From an uncultured Verrucomicrobiota bacterium (lineage in GTDB: Bacteria > Verrucomicrobiota > Kiritimatiellia > RFP12 > UBA1067): a stretch of 32,723 bases of DNA. Below the pieces are notes generated by a model. That model ran no database searches. It was not told the DNA's origin and saw only the letters and a list, made by a program, of their open reading frames with translations. Shown one piece after another: positions 23,704-31,360 of this stretch. Location: NCBI GenBank assembly GCA_947305585.1, contig CAMZDY010000002.1, positions 1 to 32,723 of the forward strand, written 5' to 3'. The first letter of the stretch is position 1, and each line of letters starts with the position of its first letter. The position numbers were made by a program, and so were the translations under genes.

Positions 23704-24314
23704 TCCCCGCTCCTCATTTTCACCTTGAGTTCTTTCGCGTGCAGATACAGCCGGTCGGCCTTGCGCGCGCCGTACTTCACGTCACCCTTCACCGGATGCC
23801 CCGCCTCCGCGAAATGCACCCGGATCTGGTTCTTGCGTCCCGTTTTGAGCTTCACCTCCACCCGATCCCCCACCCGGCGCCATTCCGTGATGGCCAGTTT
23901 CCCGCCTTCGTCCGGCCCGACGCTCCGCACCTTCATCGTCTTGGGATCGTCCTTGAGGAAACTCTCGAACCGGCCTTCCTCCGCCTCCAGCTTGCCTTCC
24001 ACCTTGGCGATATACGTCTTTTCCGTCAGCTCGCTCCAGTTGTCCCGGTACCAGTCGGCCGTCGCCTCGTCCTTGGCGAACATCATCACCCCCGACGTCT
24101 CCCGGTCCAGCCGGTGCACCAGCCAGACGCGCTTTTTCGACTTCGCCTGCCCCTTGCGCACGTAGTCGTTGAGGATGTTTTCGGCCGTCGCCTGACTCTC
24201 CCTCGCCGCGCGCCCCGTCACCTTGGTGTGCGTGGTGAGCAGTCCCGCCGGCTTGTCGATGACGATTATCCGCTCGTCCTCGTAGAGAATGTCGAATGGC
24301 AGACGCGGCCTCAT
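23682..24314 (-). CDS. RluA-family pseudouridine synthase
   Basis: 210 aa, from MRPRLPFDILYEDERIIVIDKPAG. Catalytic motif HRLDRETSG. KTGRKNQIRVH near the C-terminus. ATGA overlap with nadE at 24314-24311. Confidence 0.85.
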   Translation of the reverse strand: MRPRLPFDILYEDERIIVIDKPAGLLTTHTKVTGRAARESQATAENILNDYVRKGQAKSKKRVWLVHRLDRETSGVMMFAKDEATADWYRDNWSELTEKTYIAKVEGKLEAEEGRFESFLKDDPKTMKVRSVGPDEGGKLAITEWRRVGDRVEVKLKTGRKNQIRVHFAEAGHPVKGDVKYGARKADRLYLHAKELKVKMRSGEWKTFSS

Positions 24315-25312
24315 CGGAAGATTTCCGGCACCCCCAGATCGGACGGCACCGCGAACCCGTGCGGCCCCAGATCGAACGGAAACACCCGCACCCCGTCGGG
24401 CGAACAGTTGCGCTTGAACGCCTGGGTGAAGAAACGACGGATGAAGATGTCGAGCGTGCGATCGATCTCCGCCTCGCCGAAACGTCCCCGGAAATACTCC
24501 TTCGCGCTCGACGCAAGCTCCGCCCGGCCCATCTCGTTCATGACGAAATTCCAGAGGAAGAAGTCGTGCAGCTCGTAGGGCCCCACCGTCTTTTCCGTCT
24601 GCTGTCCGGGAAGGAGTTCGGGACTGATGGGAGTGGCGACGATATCCAAGATCGCCTCGGCCGCCAGCCCCGGATGCTTCCGGGCCCACCATTCGCACAT
24701 CTTGCGCACGATCGTCTTGGGAATGCCCGCGTTCACCCCGAAATGCGACATCTGGTCGCCGTTGTACGTGCACCACCCGAGCGCGATCTCAGACATATCC
24801 CCCGTGCCCAGATTGAGCGCGTTATGCATGTTGGCTTTGTCGAAGAGGATCAAGGTGCGCATGCGCGCCTGCGCGTTTTCGAAGGTGATGTCGGGTGTCT
24901 TGCCGTCGTGTCCGATGTCCTTGAAGTGCTGGCGGCACGCCTTGACGATCGAAATCGTCTCGCACTTGAGACCCAGCCCCTCCGCCAGCTTCTCCGCGTT
25001 GCCCTTCGTCCGGCCCGTCGTGCCGAAACCCGGCATCGTATAAAGACGGATCCCCGCCTTGTCGAGTTTCAGTTCCCGGAACGCCGCCTCCGCCACCAGA
25101 CAGGCCAGCGTGGAGTCGAGTCCGCCCGACAGCCCCAGACAGACGTTCCGGCACTTGATGGCCTTGAGCCGGGTTTTGAGTCCCTTGACCTGCGTCTTGA
25201 AGACGTCCGCCGCCTTGCAGGGAAACGGCTCCACGCTCCCCTTCTTGGCCGGCCGCCCCAAGAAACCCCGGTGCGTCTTCAGGCTCCCCACGTCGACTTC
25301 CGGCTTTTTCAT
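24311..25312 (-). CDS. nadE: NAD+ synthetase, synthetase (N-type ATP pyrophosphatase) domain only
   Basis: 333 aa, from MKKPEVDV. PP-loop LSGGLDSTLA. TGDMSEIALGWCTYNGD. No CN-hydrolase (glutaminase) domain; the in-frame upstream extension in the ORF track is junk that overlaps the epimerase gene. Confidence 0.8.
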   Translation of the reverse strand: MKKPEVDVGSLKTHRGFLGRPAKKGSVEPFPCKAADVFKTQVKGLKTRLKAIKCRNVCLGLSGGLDSTLACLVAEAAFRELKLDKAGIRLYTMPGFGTTGRTKGNAEKLAEGLGLKCETISIVKACRQHFKDIGHDGKTPDITFENAQARMRTLILFDKANMHNALNLGTGDMSEIALGWCTYNGDQMSHFGVNAGIPKTIVRKMCEWWARKHPGLAAEAILDIVATPISPELLPGQQTEKTVGPYELHDFFLWNFVMNEMGRAELASSAKEYFRGRFGEAEIDRTLDIFIRRFFTQAFKRNCSPDGVRVFPFDLGPHGFAVPSDLGVPEIFR

Positions 25313-26214
25313 TGCGCGAGCGTGCTCTGGATGGCGGCAGTGAGCGTGTGGCTCTCGCCGGGCTGTAGGATGAACGCTTCGTCGCGCCACAGGGTGGCCG
25401 GCTCCACGCACAGGAACTTCTTCCAGTCGTCTTCCGCCAGATCGTAGATTTCCTTGGGTCCGGGATTCCAGACGACCAGTTTCTTGTTGCCGTCCGAAAC
25501 GAGCGCGATCGCCCGCTTGAGTCCGTTGTCGATCAGCGCGAACTCGTGCTTGGGCTCGGCCTTGAGCCGGATCACGTGGTCGGCTTCGGTATCGGTCTTG
25601 AAGTCGCCCGCAAAGGTATGCGTACTCATGTCGCGCGCGTCGATGTACTCCAGGCCCTCCACGCCCTTCACCTCGCACAAATTGCGGTCCATCACCCGGA
25701 AATACGGATGGAACCCTTCGGTGAGCGTCATCTCCTCCGTCCCCGTGTTCTTGGTGGTCAAGGTCAGATTGAGCTTCATCGACACCGAAATGCGGTATTC
25801 GAGCTCGAAATCGTTCTTCCACACGCTGCGCGTCTCGTCGTCGGACTTGAGCCCCAGCACGATTTCGGTCATCTCCTCCGAATAGGAGCTGCCCTTCACC
25901 TCGAACACGCAGAACCGCGCGAACCCGTGCGACTTCGATCCCGGCTCGCCGCTCTTGCCGAACCAAGGCCAGCACAAGGGGCAGCCGCCATGCACCTCCT
26001 TGCCGCGCACGTAGTCTTTGTACGCGCTCCGGAAGAGTACGGGCGAGTGTCCGGTGGGACGGTACGACAGCACGTTCGCCCCCAGAAGCGACACTTCCGC
26101 CGTGCCGAACTGGTTGGAGAGCACCACCTCCGGATAGCCGCCCAGTCCCTCGTGGAACACGATGCGTCCCGGCGCGCCGTAGCGGGTGTTGAGTTCAAAT
26201 ATGTTGATGTTCAC
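25309..26214 (-). CDS. D-hexose-6-phosphate mutarotase (aldose 1-epimerase family, YeaD-like)
   Basis: 301 aa. GGCPLCWPWFG, HGFAR and EGFHPYF are characteristic of the glucose-6-phosphate 1-epimerase branch. Confidence 0.75.
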   Translation of the reverse strand: MNINIFELNTRYGAPGRIVFHEGLGGYPEVVLSNQFGTAEVSLLGANVLSYRPTGHSPVLFRSAYKDYVRGKEVHGGCPLCWPWFGKSGEPGSKSHGFARFCVFEVKGSSYSEEMTEIVLGLKSDDETRSVWKNDFELEYRISVSMKLNLTLTTKNTGTEEMTLTEGFHPYFRVMDRNLCEVKGVEGLEYIDARDMSTHTFAGDFKTDTEADHVIRLKAEPKHEFALIDNGLKRAIALVSDGNKKLVVWNPGPKEIYDLAEDDWKKFLCVEPATLWRDEAFILQPGESHTLTAAIQSTLAQ

Positions 26215-27343
26215 GCAGTATCGCTCCTTTCAGATAAAGTCCTTCGGGGAAATTCAGCGCCACCGGATGGTCGGCGGCCTGACGCGTCCGCCCCACAATC
26301 TGGAAACTCCGCTTGGCATCTATGGCGGCCTCGCGCAGAATCTGGTCGAAAAACTCCGGCGTCATCGCGCCCGAACAAGAGAACGTGGCCAGTATCCCGC
26401 CCGGCTTCAACAGTTTCATCGCGAGGAGGTTGATGTCCTTGTAGCCCCGCGCCGCCTTCATGAGCTGGCTTTTCGACTCCGCGAACTTGGGCGGATCCAA
26501 GACGATCAGATCGAACGACCGCCCCGCGTCCCGGCAGTTCCGCAGATACTTGAACACGTCCGCATTGACGGTTTCGCACTCCACCCCGTTCAAGGCCGCG
26601 TTCTTCCGGGCCAGCTCCAGCGCCCCCTCGGAGAGGTCCACCTGCGTCACCTTCGTCGCCCCCGCCTTGGCCGCGTAGACGCCGAATCCACCCGTGTAGG
26701 AAAAGCAGTTGAGCACCTCGCGCCCCGCCGCCAGCTCCCCCACGAGACGCCGCGCCTCGCGTTGGTCGAGATAAAACCCCGTCTTGTGCCCGGCGCGCAC
26801 GTCCACCAGAAACTTGATCCCGTTCTCCGCGATCTCGATCAAATCCGGCGCCTCCTCGCCCCAGACCGGACGCCACTTGGGCTCCGTGACGAGCCCCTCC
26901 TTGCGGCGCGACTCGTTGTCGAGCCGTTCCGAAACGCTTTTGACGCCCTCGATGCGCTTGAGCCCCTCGACGATCCGGTCGCGATAGAACTCCGCCAAAG
27001 CCGAAGTGAACTGGCACACTATATGCCCGTCGTACCAGTCGGCCACGAGACCCGGGATGCCGTCGTTCTCCGCATTCACTAGCCGCACGCCCGCGCCCGG
27101 CTCCACGCGACGCGACGCGATCGCCCGCGCCAACAGCTCCTCCACCTCGCCCTTCAGGAGCCGCACCCGGATCATGCTGGCGGGTGAATATACGCCCTCT
27201 CCGAGCTTCGTCCCTTCCGCGCTTCGCACCTCCACCGCTTCGACCGCGCTCGAAGCGGGACCCGCGATCGCCCCGGAGAAGATCCAGGGGTGGCCCGCCA
27301 TTACGCTATGGTCGCGTCCCGGCTTGAGCGTGATGGAGATCAT
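26195..27343 (-). CDS. rlmI: SAM-dependent 23S rRNA (cytosine-C5) methyltransferase, RlmI-like
   Basis: 382 aa, from MISITLKPGRDHSVMAGHPWIF (PUA-like start). GHKTGFYLDQRE. VLNCFSYTGGFG SAM motif. LDPPKF. ATGA overlap at 27343-27340. Confidence 0.8.
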   Translation of the reverse strand: MISITLKPGRDHSVMAGHPWIFSGAIAGPASSAVEAVEVRSAEGTKLGEGVYSPASMIRVRLLKGEVEELLARAIASRRVEPGAGVRLVNAENDGIPGLVADWYDGHIVCQFTSALAEFYRDRIVEGLKRIEGVKSVSERLDNESRRKEGLVTEPKWRPVWGEEAPDLIEIAENGIKFLVDVRAGHKTGFYLDQREARRLVGELAAGREVLNCFSYTGGFGVYAAKAGATKVTQVDLSEGALELARKNAALNGVECETVNADVFKYLRNCRDAGRSFDLIVLDPPKFAESKSQLMKAARGYKDINLLAMKLLKPGGILATFSCSGAMTPEFFDQILREAAIDAKRSFQIVGRTRQAADHPVALNFPEGLYLKGAILREHQHI

Positions 27344-28905
27344 TGGCGGAAAAGCTTCTCCACCTCGGGTTCGACCGCCAAAGTGCCGGTCCGGGGCGGC
27401 TTCACCTGCCTGGCGTCGTTCGGGAAAGTGGCCGCGCGGAACTTCTCCACATGCTTGATGGCGTTCTCGCGCCGGATCTCCTCCAGCTGTTGCACCTCCT
27501 TGCGGATGTGCTTGCGCTCCAGTTCGCCCGTGGCCGCATTCATCGCCTGGAGCTTGAGGCCCATCTTGGCGAGACAGTCGAGGTCGTTGATCCAGCCTTC
27601 CAGTTCCCACCAGAGCTTCGGTTCCTCCATCGGCAGCTTGCGCTTCAATACGTCCATCGCCTCCACGATCTCCTCGAAGGTCCAGTCGCCCACGCTCTCT
27701 TCGCGACGATACCCCTGACTGTTGCCCTGCGCCTGGTCGGAATTGTGCGTGGCGAACACCTTCATCGCCTTGGCCACCTCCTCGTCCGGATAGATCGCCT
27801 TGAACGCATCCTTCCAGTTCTGCTCCGAATCGAACGCCCCCGTGTTCCAGCACCAGTCCGCCACGCCGAAGAGCGCCACCTTGTTGGCCTCGCAGTTCTC
27901 CATCGGATTCGTCACGAACCCGGAGAATTCCGACCGCTCCAGCCCATACGTGCGCCCCATCAGCACCTTGGAGCGGCAATAGTCGTTCACCGGCCAGTTC
28001 CACCACACGAAAGGCGGCCTCCGGTACGACCGCGCCACCTTCTGCGCATCGGCCGAGAGGATGTCGTAGCAAACCTCTCTGCCCGTCCAGATGATCATCG
28101 TCTTCGGGTCCAGCTTTTCGCCCAAAGTCTTCGTGTAGGCGTGCTCGCCCCGTCCCCAGTAGACATTGGGGCACATGATCATCGGGAACACCCCGCCCTT
28201 CGCCTCGAGATGCCGCCACATGAGATTGCAGATCTTGGCGTGGAATTCCGCGTCCGCGTCGCCGAAGTCGTCGAAGAACGCCGCGAACGCCCGCACGCCG
28301 AGGTCGTACATCGCGTCCAGTTTCCGGATGAGCGCCTCGGTGTCCTCGCGCTCCGCCTCGCCGCCCTTGCGGAAGCCTCCGCCCAGATGGATGGCCCAGT
28401 AGAACCGGATCTTGTTCTTGCGCGCCACGTCCAGCAGCCGCTGGAAGTCCTTGGCCTCGTCTTCGGGATACGGCTCGCGCCACTTCTCGTGGTGGTAGGG
28501 ATCGTCCTTGGGTCCGTAGAGGAACAGGTTCAGTTTGTTCCGCCCCATGAACTCCATCGTCGAAATCCTGCCCTCGGTGCCCCAGGGCCGTCCGTAATAC
28601 CCTTCCACCACACCGCGCAGACCGATGTCGGGACTGTCCTTGATCACGAGATTGGGCAGTTCCTTCAACTTCGGCGCGAGCTGATTCAGGGTCTGGCGCG
28701 CGTAGAACGCCCCCGAGTCGCCGCCCGCCCGGATCTCCGCCACGCCGTTCGTGAGCGTGAGCGAATACTCCTCCGGGCCCATCGTTTCGTCCACGGCCGA
28801 AAGTACCACATAGTCCTCCGACCCGAAACTTCCGGGCAACTCCGAAACCTCCTTCGGCACCGGATACACTCCAATCGCCGCCGACAACAAGACAATATTA
28901 ATCAT
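27340..28905 (-). CDS. Glycoside hydrolase family 84 (O-GlcNAcase / beta-N-acetylglucosaminidase)
   Basis: 521 aa. RGVVEGYYGRPW, LYGPKDDPYH and the catalytic Asp pair in AFFDDFGD. Short hydrophobic N-terminus. The ATG lies 10 nt from the P8 -10 box. Confidence 0.8.
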   Translation of the reverse strand: MINIVLLSAAIGVYPVPKEVSELPGSFGSEDYVVLSAVDETMGPEEYSLTLTNGVAEIRAGGDSGAFYARQTLNQLAPKLKELPNLVIKDSPDIGLRGVVEGYYGRPWGTEGRISTMEFMGRNKLNLFLYGPKDDPYHHEKWREPYPEDEAKDFQRLLDVARKNKIRFYWAIHLGGGFRKGGEAEREDTEALIRKLDAMYDLGVRAFAAFFDDFGDADAEFHAKICNLMWRHLEAKGGVFPMIMCPNVYWGRGEHAYTKTLGEKLDPKTMIIWTGREVCYDILSADAQKVARSYRRPPFVWWNWPVNDYCRSKVLMGRTYGLERSEFSGFVTNPMENCEANKVALFGVADWCWNTGAFDSEQNWKDAFKAIYPDEEVAKAMKVFATHNSDQAQGNSQGYRREESVGDWTFEEIVEAMDVLKRKLPMEEPKLWWELEGWINDLDCLAKMGLKLQAMNAATGELERKHIRKEVQQLEEIRRENAIKHVEKFRAATFPNDARQVKPPRTGTLAVEPEVEKLFRQ

Positions 28906-28915
28906 AGTACTTCAT

Positions 28916-28944
28916 ATTATATCATATCCCGCCCGAAAAAGCAA
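28916..28944 (-). promoter_or_regulatory. Promoter P8 (TTGCTT-N17-TATAAT, TGA extended -10), leaderless geometry
   Basis: Sense strand reads TTGCTT tttcgggcgggatatga TATAAT. The ATG at 28905 is 10 nt downstream with no SD in frame. Confidence 0.7.
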
Positions 28945-28988
28945 GGGTTTTCTTGGATAAAAGGCTAAAGGAAATGTGCGATTGACTA

Positions 28989-29017
28989 TTGCGGTTTCGG
29001 GCGAAATATGATATAAT
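28989..29017 (+). promoter_or_regulatory. Promoter P9 (TTGCGG-N17-TATAAT, TGA extended -10), leaderless geometry, divergent from P8
   Basis: TTGCGG tttcgggcgaaatatga TATAAT atacggtc ATG. The ATG at 29026 is 8 nt after the -10. Confidence 0.7.
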
Positions 29018-29025
29018 ATACGGTC

Positions 29026-30108
29026 ATGAAACAAGAAGTGAAAGTTTTCGATTTCGATCTGGCCGTGCGCGAACAGTACGAGGCGGTAGTGGCGGGCGCC
29101 ACCATGCAGATGAGCGGCTGGGAGGACGAAGAGCCAGCCGCCATCCGGCGCATCCTCCGCTCGCCCGAACGCGCCAACCGGTTTTTGGAGAGTTTGGAGC
29201 GCGTCAACCGCTTCGTGAAGGAGGAGCTCCTCCGCTATCCCCCTACCAAGGCAACGCATCAACTCCTCAACCAGATGGCCAAATATTATTCGTGCTGCGC
29301 CGTCTTCTGCGCCATTTGGCTCTCGCGCAACGCCCTCAAGGTGTATCTGCACGACCAGAAACGCCTCCCGGGCACGCCCGAAACGACGGCCGAGGATATC
29401 TTGAGCGCCACCGAAGACCCGCAGGGACTCCTTTCGTCGCTCTATTCGCTCTACCATGTGCTCTACAATTGTCCGCGCGACGAACTCATCGCCGACTATC
29501 GCGGCGTAGTGGAGGAGTTTCTGGAGGACTATCTCGATATCTGCCTCGCGGTGGCGGACGATCCCGAGGTGCGCAAACTGAGGGACTATCTGCGCGATTT
29601 CTTCGCTTACGAATACCAGCCGGTGATGACCCGCCCCACCTCCTGGGCCGAGTATAACGAACTCCCGGAAATGAAGTTTCCCGAGCTCGCCGCGCGCTGG
29701 AAAGAAGCCGTCTTGAGCTACTCCATCTCCTTCGCCAAACGCCACGACACCCAGAAACTGGCCGATGGCGTCCACCAGATGATGGAAAAGGAAGTGGAGG
29801 GCTTTGTGGAGTTCTTGCGCCGTAGGTTATGGAACTTCTTCACCTTCAAAGGCGCCAAAAAGTTCAGCCAAAAAGAGGTTGGCACTATTTTTGGCGTAAC
29901 GGCATCGGTAGTATCCGACTGGGAAAACGGACGCACCGCCGCCCCGACCTCCTTCGATGGCAGCCTAACCTACACCAAAGCCTTGCGGATCAAAGGCGAT
30001 ACCGAAGCGTTGAAATTTATCGCCGAGGAATACCGCCGCAAACGCGACTACAAGGACGTCTACTCCACCAAAAACCGCGTCTCATTCGACGACCGCTACC
30101 ACCGCTAA
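29026..30108 (+). CDS. Hypothetical 360-aa protein: uncharacterised N-terminal region of about 290 aa plus a C-terminal XRE-like helix-turn-helix
   Basis: Only plus-strand gene with a consensus promoter. Its composition looks like a real protein, unlike the antisense ORF 28912-29775. HTH-like FSQKEVGTIFGVTASVVSDWENGR sits near the C-terminus. I recognise no family for the N-terminal part. Confidence 0.7.
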   Translation: MKQEVKVFDFDLAVREQYEAVVAGATMQMSGWEDEEPAAIRRILRSPERANRFLESLERVNRFVKEELLRYPPTKATHQLLNQMAKYYSCCAVFCAIWLSRNALKVYLHDQKRLPGTPETTAEDILSATEDPQGLLSSLYSLYHVLYNCPRDELIADYRGVVEEFLEDYLDICLAVADDPEVRKLRDYLRDFFAYEYQPVMTRPTSWAEYNELPEMKFPELAARWKEAVLSYSISFAKRHDTQKLADGVHQMMEKEVEGFVEFLRRRLWNFFTFKGAKKFSQKEVGTIFGVTASVVSDWENGRTAAPTSFDGSLTYTKALRIKGDTEALKFIAEEYRRKRDYKDVYSTKNRVSFDDRYHR

Positions 30109-30218
30109 ACGCGAAAATCGCCATCATCGTCTGCCGCACCATCTGCTTGGTCGGCTGCATGTGGCACTGCAAGAACCTGATGCGCTCGCACTGATCCTCG
30201 ATGCGCCGGCGTTGCGCC

Positions 30219-31352
30219 TCATTGTCCTTTCCCTGTGTCCGCCCCAATGTAGCGGTTGAATGTTTCCTGCAATACTTCCTTAGGAATCATCAATCGCTTG
30301 TACTCGGCGACCATCGCCGGACTCATCGACCGCGAAAGAGCATATTCAACGGTGCTACGGTCTGCGTTCTTGCACAGCAGCACACCTACGGACGGATTCT
30401 CGTTCGCCCGCTTCACGTCCCTGTCGAGCGCTTCAAGGTAGAACTCGAGCTGTCCCATGTCAGCTGGACGGAACGAGCGAGCCTTTAGTTCAAAGGCCAC
30501 GAGGCATTGAAGCGCACGATGGTAAAAGAGCAGGTCGATCTTGAATTCGGAACCGCCGACCTTGACGGGAAACTCCTCGCCGACAAACAGGAAATCCTTG
30601 CCGATCGACAGGATAAAGTCCTTCATGTTCGCAACGATTCCCTTGCGAAGCTTCGTCTCGGAATGCTTCTCCGGCAGATTGAGGAAATCGACAAACGCCG
30701 AGTCCTTGAAGATGACCGGCGAATCGGGATACGCCGCAACAAGCGCCTTGGAAAAGTTCTTCTTGTCGCCGCCGAGAAGCGACGAATATGTATCGTTGAC
30801 AAGACAACGGCGCAATTCGAGCGTATTCAATCTCTCGCGATAGGCGTAAACAATGTAAAATAGCCGTTCTTGAGCCGAATGCGCTCGGTTGACGATTTCA
30901 ACAAGGTTACTGAACGTTGTCAACAACAAAACCGGCGGTATCGTCATTTGTCCAGATGGCATCTGGACAATTTCGGCATCAGACAATTGTCCAGTTGCCG
31001 ACTGGACAACTCCACGACTCATCAATTGTCCAGTTGCCGACTGGACAATTCGGTTTCCATATCTGGCAAGAAGCTCTGTAAATTCTGGAGACGTGAATTC
31101 ATTGTAAACCGCGACCATGCTGTAGAGATTGCTTCTCCCATATCCCCGCTCTCTTGGCGCATGGGTGTGTATGTAGTCGACAAGGTTGTCAATGGTTGAC
31201 TTGCCCCAGCCTTCATGCTTTATCTTGGCGGACAAGTATCCGCCGATCTCCCAGTTCGTGAGCAGATGCTCCACATTGACGGACACCAGGGCCTTTGCGC
31301 GATGCGCATTGATTATCTCCAATACTGGACTAAATTCATCTATTTTCTTCAT
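30219..31352 (-). CDS. YhcG-family PDDEXK nuclease (DUF1016)
   Basis: 377 aa. N-terminal YhcG_N-like region (NWEIGGYL, GYGRSNLYSM). Nuclease core KIDLLFYHRALQCLVAFELK (D...ExK). The ATG lies 8 nt from the P10 -10 box. Visibly lower GC, 45-52% on two spot-counted 60-nt lines. Confidence 0.8.
   Translation of the reverse strand: MKKIDEFSPVLEIINAHRAKALVSVNVEHLLTNWEIGGYLSAKIKHEGWGKSTIDNLVDYIHTHAPRERGYGRSNLYSMVAVYNEFTSPEFTELLARYGNRIVQSATGQLMSRGVVQSATGQLSDAEIVQMPSGQMTIPPVLLLTTFSNLVEIVNRAHSAQERLFYIVYAYRERLNTLELRRCLVNDTYSSLLGGDKKNFSKALVAAYPDSPVIFKDSAFVDFLNLPEKHSETKLRKGIVANMKDFILSIGKDFLFVGEEFPVKVGGSEFKIDLLFYHRALQCLVAFELKARSFRPADMGQLEFYLEALDRDVKRANENPSVGVLLCKNADRSTVEYALSRSMSPAMVAEYKRLMIPKEVLQETFNRYIGADTGKGQ
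30948..31048. repeat. Three tandem 39-bp units, each carrying an 8-bp-arm palindrome TTGTCCAG-N7-CTGGACAA, inside the yhcG-like CDS
   Basis: Palindromes at 30948-30970 (N7 atggcat), 30987-31009 and 31026-31048 (both N7 ttgccga). A 26-nt exact direct repeat, caattgtccagttgccgactggacaa, occurs at 30984-31009 and 31023-31048. The units encode VQMPSGQM / VQSATGQL / VQSATGQL. Confidence 0.9.
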
Positions 31353-31360
31353 GATGGTGT

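Noticed and set aside
28982-28987. TTGACT as the -35 of P9
   Set aside because: Its spacer to the TATAAT at 29012 would be 24 nt. TTGCGG at 28989-28994 gives the 17-nt spacing shared by the other cassettes.
28912-29775. 287-aa minus-strand ORF opposite the HTH-orphan gene
   Set aside because: It would have to start inside the plus-strand gene and would run through both divergent promoters. It has shadow-like composition. The plus-strand ORF has a consensus leaderless promoter and protein-like composition.
30162-30176. TGGCAC as a possible sigma-54 -24 element. Other TGGCAC hits lie on the minus strand near 11791 and 22261.
   Set aside because: No GC/TTGC element occurs at the required GG-N10-GC spacing in any of them. 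The 30162 hit also sits between two convergent gene ends.
30109-30218. Search for a bidirectional terminator between the convergent HTH-orphan and yhcG-like genes
   Set aside because: I found only short 4-5 bp stems and a direct repeat, gatgcgc x2. There is no G/C-rich hairpin followed by a T-run on either strand.
30948-31048. Regularly spaced palindromic repeats considered as a mini-CRISPR array
   Set aside because: There are only three units with a 39-bp period and 16-bp spacers. They lie in frame inside a well-supported CDS and encode a repeated peptide. There are no cas genes.
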